Source: Candidatus Heimdallarchaeota archaeon (GTDB taxonomy: Archaea > Asgardarchaeota > Heimdallarchaeia > JABLTI01). From it: DNA of 32,000 nucleotides. The notes beneath the pieces were generated by a model. It saw only the letters and a program-made list of their open reading frames with translations. It ran no database searches and had not been told where the DNA came from. The stretch is from assembly GCA_030614005.1 (NCBI GenBank), contig JAUWKS010000001.1:60001-92000 (forward strand). Reading direction: 5' to 3'. This document shows positions 28,244 to 32,000 of this stretch, piece by piece. How positions within the stretch are numbered: position 1 is the first letter of the stretch; each line of letters opens with the position of its first letter. Made by a program: the position numbers and the translations under genes.

Positions 28244-28759
28244 GTGAGCGAAATATTCCTTGATTGTGATTCCCCCTGTGTAAGCTGTCCGTACAATAGA
28301 TTATTCAAAATTGACACGTATAATGGCAGGCATTTACATGGTTCATATTATTGTGCAAATGATGGTATTCTCTATCTCTGTAAAAGAGGAGTAGGATTCA
28401 GAATGGTTCAAGGGCAAATGAGACCTTTCTGTCCAAGATGTGACAGAGAACTTGGACAACTAAATCTTCGATATAATCAAGGGAAAGATTTCAGGCCATT
28501 TGGTGATGATATTCTACTAGTTGTTAGGATTCCGCTTCAATCGAGGTTTGATATAACAAAAGTTCTCCGAGGGTCATTCTTCAAAGACCTTGCAGAAGTT
28601 TTACTCTACATTTACTTTAATGAAGGAGACGGAGAATACAATATTGTTCGCTATAAAAAAACCGACAATCAGTATTCAGTGATCTTTTCTGGACGCATAT
28701 CTGCTGAAGACATTCAATTGGAAATCGTGAAGACCGAAATAGTAACCCCTCCACAATAG
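28244..28759 (+). CDS. Cys-rich hypothetical protein, probable metal-binding
   Basis: GTG start after GGAGAG. Seven Cys in the N-terminal ~70 aa (CDSPCVSC, YYC..YLC, CPRC) plus HLH. Confidence 0.7.
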   Translation: MSEIFLDCDSPCVSCPYNRLFKIDTYNGRHLHGSYYCANDGILYLCKRGVGFRMVQGQMRPFCPRCDRELGQLNLRYNQGKDFRPFGDDILLVVRIPLQSRFDITKVLRGSFFKDLAEVLLYIYFNEGDGEYNIVRYKKTDNQYSVIFSGRISAEDIQLEIVKTEIVTPPQ

Positions 28760-28814
28760 GGTTGCTTATTCTTCCCGTACCAAGTAGTCATTTTCTTGCT
28801 TTTCAATTCATTTT

Positions 28815-28827
28815 GAAACATTTATAA
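28815..28827 (+). promoter_or_regulatory. Putative BRE/TATA for the NosD cassettes
   Basis: GAAACA followed by TTTATAA, about 42 nt before ATG 28870, flanked by inverted TTTGAA (28812-28817) / TTCAAA (28828-28833). Confidence 0.4.
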
Positions 28828-28869
28828 TTCAAATCAATAGATATACTACTAGGAAGGAGCTTGGGGAAA

Positions 28870-30129
28870 ATGAGAAAGTTACAAAGAAATACGAAAATAT
28901 CATTGGCAGCTCTTTTTCTGGTGCCAATAATCATTTCAACAATTGGATTATCTATTTATGGGGTTATGGATGAGAAAATATATCTAAACAGCTTATATGC
29001 ACAAGGTGAGATTGTGATCCTAAATGATTATGATTTCTCCGAGAAGTATTCATTCCCAGGTTCAGGAACTGCTGAAGACCCATTTTTAATCGAGAATTAT
29101 CTTTTTGATGACCCTGATACTACTGCAATCGTCATTAAGGATACAACAAAACATTTCATTATAAGAAATTGTTCGATATCAAAGCTAGGACAACCATTGT
29201 TTATTTCTAATATCGGTTTTAATACCGGGGTTTTGATTAACAATACCTTCATTGAAGATACTACATTAGAAACAAGTGCAAAATTTTTTGATGTTAGAGA
29301 GAGTAGAGATAGAATGATTTTAGATTCTTATCTTCAACCCTATGAAGATGGTTTTACTTTTATTCTTAATGCTCCTGGTTTAAGAATTGAGAATAATCTT
29401 TTTCACAGTAATATAAATTTAACATCAAATTTTTGTAATGGATTGTGTATAATCTCTTCAGATTATTCAGTTATTAGTAATAATACTATTTCTTTTTTTA
29501 AATGGGGTGTAAACGTATATGATTCACAATATGTGAGTATAGCTAATAATTTCTTTTTCAGCAATTCTATTGGTATTCGTATTGATGAAATTCATGAAGC
29601 TGTAATTATGAATAATGTTTGTACTAAAAATACTATCGGAATAGATGCTCATTATTCCACAATTGTTAAAGTTATTGCAAATAATCTTAGTTACAACATA
29701 GCAGTGGGTCTTAACATGAATGGGTTAATTAATTTTTGGCAAGTTAGAGGTAATCTATTAGAGGGCAATAACTTCGGACTCTTCGGCTGGATTTTTAATA
29801 GTAATATAACCTACAATTATTTTAGCTTAAATAGTAACTATGGACTTGTATTAGAATTACATATCTCTTTAAGCAATTATATTCATCACAATGCTTTCAT
29901 TGATAATAATTATGAGGGTGTGATGCTTGATGAGAAACAAGCTTTTGATGATAACACTGATATTAATCATATAAACTTCTGGTATGATGACTATTCAAAA
30001 GAAGGGAATTATTGGTCAGATTTAATTTGGAATGAAGATAGCGAATATCTTATAGATGGTGGAATTGCAATAGATCAATATCCATTATTTGAACAACCAA
30101 TAATTGAACCTTGGGAGGATTTAAATTGA
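28870..30129 (+). CDS. Membrane-anchored right-handed beta-helix (NosD/CASH-like) protein, copy 1
   Basis: Basic N-terminus plus one TM; FPGSGTAEDPF cap; Asn-ladder repeats (ISNNTI, IANNFF, VRGNLL); C-terminal GNYWSD..DQYPL. Start is ATG 28870 or TTG 28861. Confidence 0.88.
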   Translation: MRKLQRNTKISLAALFLVPIIISTIGLSIYGVMDEKIYLNSLYAQGEIVILNDYDFSEKYSFPGSGTAEDPFLIENYLFDDPDTTAIVIKDTTKHFIIRNCSISKLGQPLFISNIGFNTGVLINNTFIEDTTLETSAKFFDVRESRDRMILDSYLQPYEDGFTFILNAPGLRIENNLFHSNINLTSNFCNGLCIISSDYSVISNNTISFFKWGVNVYDSQYVSIANNFFFSNSIGIRIDEIHEAVIMNNVCTKNTIGIDAHYSTIVKVIANNLSYNIAVGLNMNGLINFWQVRGNLLEGNNFGLFGWIFNSNITYNYFSLNSNYGLVLELHISLSNYIHHNAFIDNNYEGVMLDEKQAFDDNTDINHINFWYDDYSKEGNYWSDLIWNEDSEYLIDGGIAIDQYPLFEQPIIEPWEDLN

Positions 30130-30461
30130 ATTTTTGGTTAATTGCTTGCATTAATTTACTCGGAATATCAGCTATTGTTGGATTAACCTATCTAATGATA
30201 TGGCTAATATCAAAACGAAAAGAATCATTCAAGTTACAACCAAATGGAATGTTACTTGGAGCATTAATTTCATTTTCTGTTTCGCTAGCAACTATTACAA
30301 CGGGAATTACTTCAGCTATACCAGCAGATTTCCTATGGAAACTTGTAATAATAATAAGTTGTTTATTAATAGCTTCAACAACTACAGTAGTATTTATTAT
30401 CTTACTTGCCTTTTACATCAATTCAATAGCTGTTAATGAAAATAATGTACAAGTTTTTTGA
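30126..30461 (+). CDS. Small membrane protein (about 3 TM), copy 1
   Basis: TTG 30126 overlaps the NosD stop (TTGA) and follows GGAGG at 30114-30118. Three hydrophobic segments. Paralog at 31766. Confidence 0.75.
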   Translation: MNFWLIACINLLGISAIVGLTYLMIWLISKRKESFKLQPNGMLLGALISFSVSLATITTGITSAIPADFLWKLVIIISCLLIASTTTVVFIILLAFYINSIAVNENNVQVF

Positions 30462-30506
30462 ACAAGAAAAAAAATTGAAAGATGCTATCAAAGGAGTAGG
30501 AGAAAA

Positions 30507-31769
30507 ATGGGAAAGCTAAAAAGAAATACGAAAATATCATTGGCAGTTCTTTTTCTAGCGCCAATAATCCTATCAACAATCGGATTGTCGGTTTATGGTG
30601 TTTTGGATAAAGTATTGTATCAAAGGTCTTTATTTGCTCAAGGTGAGATTGTCATTCTAAATGATGGAGATTTTTCCAAAAGATATTCTTTTCCAGGTTC
30701 GGGAACTGCTGAAGATCCATATCTAATTGAGAATTATTGCCTTGATGACCCGGATACAACTGCAATCGTTATTAGAGGAACAACAAAACATTTCGTTATT
30801 AGAAATTGCTCGATTAAAAAACATGGACAACCGATATTTATTTCTAATATAGGATTTAATACTGGGACAGTAATTAACAATACCTTCTTTGAAGATATGA
30901 CATTAGATAAAGAGGTAAAATTCAAAGACTCTCGAGAGAATGATAGGAACTGGTTTGTCCATAATTGTGTTTTACCATTCGAAGATGGGTTTACTTTTAT
31001 TATTAATGCACCAGGAATAAGAATTGAGAATAATCATTTTCGATGTAGTCTAGAAGGAACTGAATATGGAAGAACGGGTTTAAGTGTACTGTCTTCAGAT
31101 TATTCTGTTATTAATAATAATACTTTCTCATTTTTTTATAGAGGTATAAATCTACTCGAATCTCTTTATTTGACTGTAGTAAATAATTTCTGCTACAATA
31201 ATTCAGATGGTATATTTATTGATGAAATTGAAGAATCTCTTATAATGAATAATAAATGTACTAAAAACGGAGTAGGGTTGGTAGCTTTGTATTGCGAAAA
31301 AGTGCTTTTTATTACAAATAATCTTAGTTATAATAGACACTGTGGTCTTAACTTGATTAGACGAGTCATCTCATGTCAAATCAGAGGTAATCTCATTGAG
31401 GGAAATGGAAGATACGGACTTTATTGTGATGCTATTAACAGTAATATTACTTACAATTACTTTAGTTCAAATAGTAACTATGCAATTATAACTAGTGAAT
31501 ATAACGCTAATGGGAATTATATTCATCACAATGCTTTCATTGATAATAATTATGAAAGTTTATTACTTGGAAAAAAACAAGCATATGATAATCCATATGA
31601 GGATAACTATCAAAACTACTGGTGTGATGATTATTCAAAAGAAGGGAATTATTGGTCAGATTTAATTTGGAATGAAGATAGTATATATCAAATAGATGGC
31701 GGGAATGCTACAGATCAATATCCATTATTTGAGCCACCAATAATGGAATCTTGGGAGAGATTACATTGA
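30507..31769 (+). CDS. Membrane-anchored right-handed beta-helix (NosD/CASH-like) protein, copy 2
   Basis: Same architecture as copy 1 and collinear along its full length; AGGAG upstream of the ATG. Confidence 0.88.
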   Translation: MGKLKRNTKISLAVLFLAPIILSTIGLSVYGVLDKVLYQRSLFAQGEIVILNDGDFSKRYSFPGSGTAEDPYLIENYCLDDPDTTAIVIRGTTKHFVIRNCSIKKHGQPIFISNIGFNTGTVINNTFFEDMTLDKEVKFKDSRENDRNWFVHNCVLPFEDGFTFIINAPGIRIENNHFRCSLEGTEYGRTGLSVLSSDYSVINNNTFSFFYRGINLLESLYLTVVNNFCYNNSDGIFIDEIEESLIMNNKCTKNGVGLVALYCEKVLFITNNLSYNRHCGLNLIRRVISCQIRGNLIEGNGRYGLYCDAINSNITYNYFSSNSNYAIITSEYNANGNYIHHNAFIDNNYESLLLGKKQAYDNPYEDNYQNYWCDDYSKEGNYWSDLIWNEDSIYQIDGGNATDQYPLFEPPIMESWERLH

Positions 31770-32000
31770 ACTATTGGCTTGTAGCTTGCATTAATCTATT
31801 TGGAATAGCGGGTATTGTTGGACTAACCTATCTAATGATATGGCTCTTTTCAAAACGAAAAGACTCATTCAACATACACCCAAATGGATTGTTACTTGGG
31901 GCTTTAATTTCATTTTCTATTTCATTAGCAACTATTACAACGGGTATTACTTTGGCTATTCCTGTAGATATTATTGAGAAAATTGTTATTACAGTAATAT
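31766..32000 (+). CDS. Small membrane protein, copy 2; 3'-truncated by the window edge (not in the ORF track)
   Basis: TTG AAC TAT TGG.. gives (M)NYWLVACINLFGIAGIVGLTYLMIWLFSKRKDSFNIHPNGLLLGALISF.., collinear with copy 1 and with the same TTGA overlap. Confidence 0.78.
   Translation, partial: MNYWLVACINLFGIAGIVGLTYLMIWLFSKRKDSFNIHPNGLLLGALISFSISLATITTGITLAIPVDIIEKIVITVI

Larger units (their letters stand above)
28870..32000 (+). repeat. Tandem duplication of a two-gene cassette, period about 1.64 kb
   Basis: Identical tracts of 27 nt (28883-28909 / 30520-30546), 41 nt (29875-29915 / 31515-31555) and 50 nt (29992-30041 / 31632-31681), at offsets 1637-1640. Confidence 0.92.

Noticed and set aside
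30120-30126. In-phase -1 slippery heptamer T TTA AAT that would fuse NosD copy 1 to the small membrane protein
   Set aside because: Copy 2 has A TTA CAT at the same place, so the heptamer is not conserved. An SD-like motif plus TTGA overlap explains the junction in both copies.
1332-30925. Short overlapping ORFs in the track (e.g. 9425-9673, 13076-13435, 21014-21340, 23977-24246, 25117-25605, 30200-30436)
   Set aside because: They are antisense or off-frame shadows of well-supported genes, with no motifs or ribosome-binding sites.
28870-32000. Diversity-generating retroelement behind the variable NosD paralogs
   Set aside because: No reverse transcriptase in the window, no short template/variable repeat pair, and the differences are not restricted to adenines.
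1-32000. CRISPR array, tRNA/rRNA, IS element or provirus
   Set aside because: No regularly spaced repeats, no intergenic gap with RNA-gene features, and no transposase, integrase or viral motifs were seen.

Overview
AT-rich archaeal DNA, most likely from an Asgard archaeon. This is inferred from a longin-domain fusion protein, a giant ~40-aa-repeat solenoid, an archaeal-type adenylate kinase, TATA/BRE-like promoters and NosD proteins with GSGTxEDP/GNYWSD motifs. Left part (1-9.4 kb, + strand): a 5'-truncated coiled-coil gene, adkA, myo-inositol-1-phosphate synthase, a HEAT-repeat gene, a heterodimeric ABC exporter and an MFS transporter. Centre (9.5-18.7 kb, - strand): two adjacent co-oriented genes. 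One encodes a 726-aa FG-GAP beta-propeller / Zn-ribbon / longin / winged-helix-like protein; the other a 2305-aa TPR/SNAP-like alpha-solenoid ending in probable winged helices. This pair is the best candidate for an undescribed system (propeller plus solenoid plus longin, as in eukaryotic coat, tether and GTPase-regulator complexes). Next come an oxygen-defence cluster (protein disulfide oxidoreductase, fprA, desulfoferrodoxin, rubrerythrin), a Zn-ribbon membrane protein and an ABC-2 exporter. The right part is accessory-like: an internally duplicated membrane gene split by a 1-bp deletion, an un-called ORF interrupted by TAA, pfkB, a Cys-rich gene and a tandemly duplicated two-gene cassette (NosD beta-helix plus small membrane protein) that runs off the window. 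I saw no rRNA, tRNA, CRISPR array, transposase or integrase. All family assignments come from motifs read by eye; no database searches were run.
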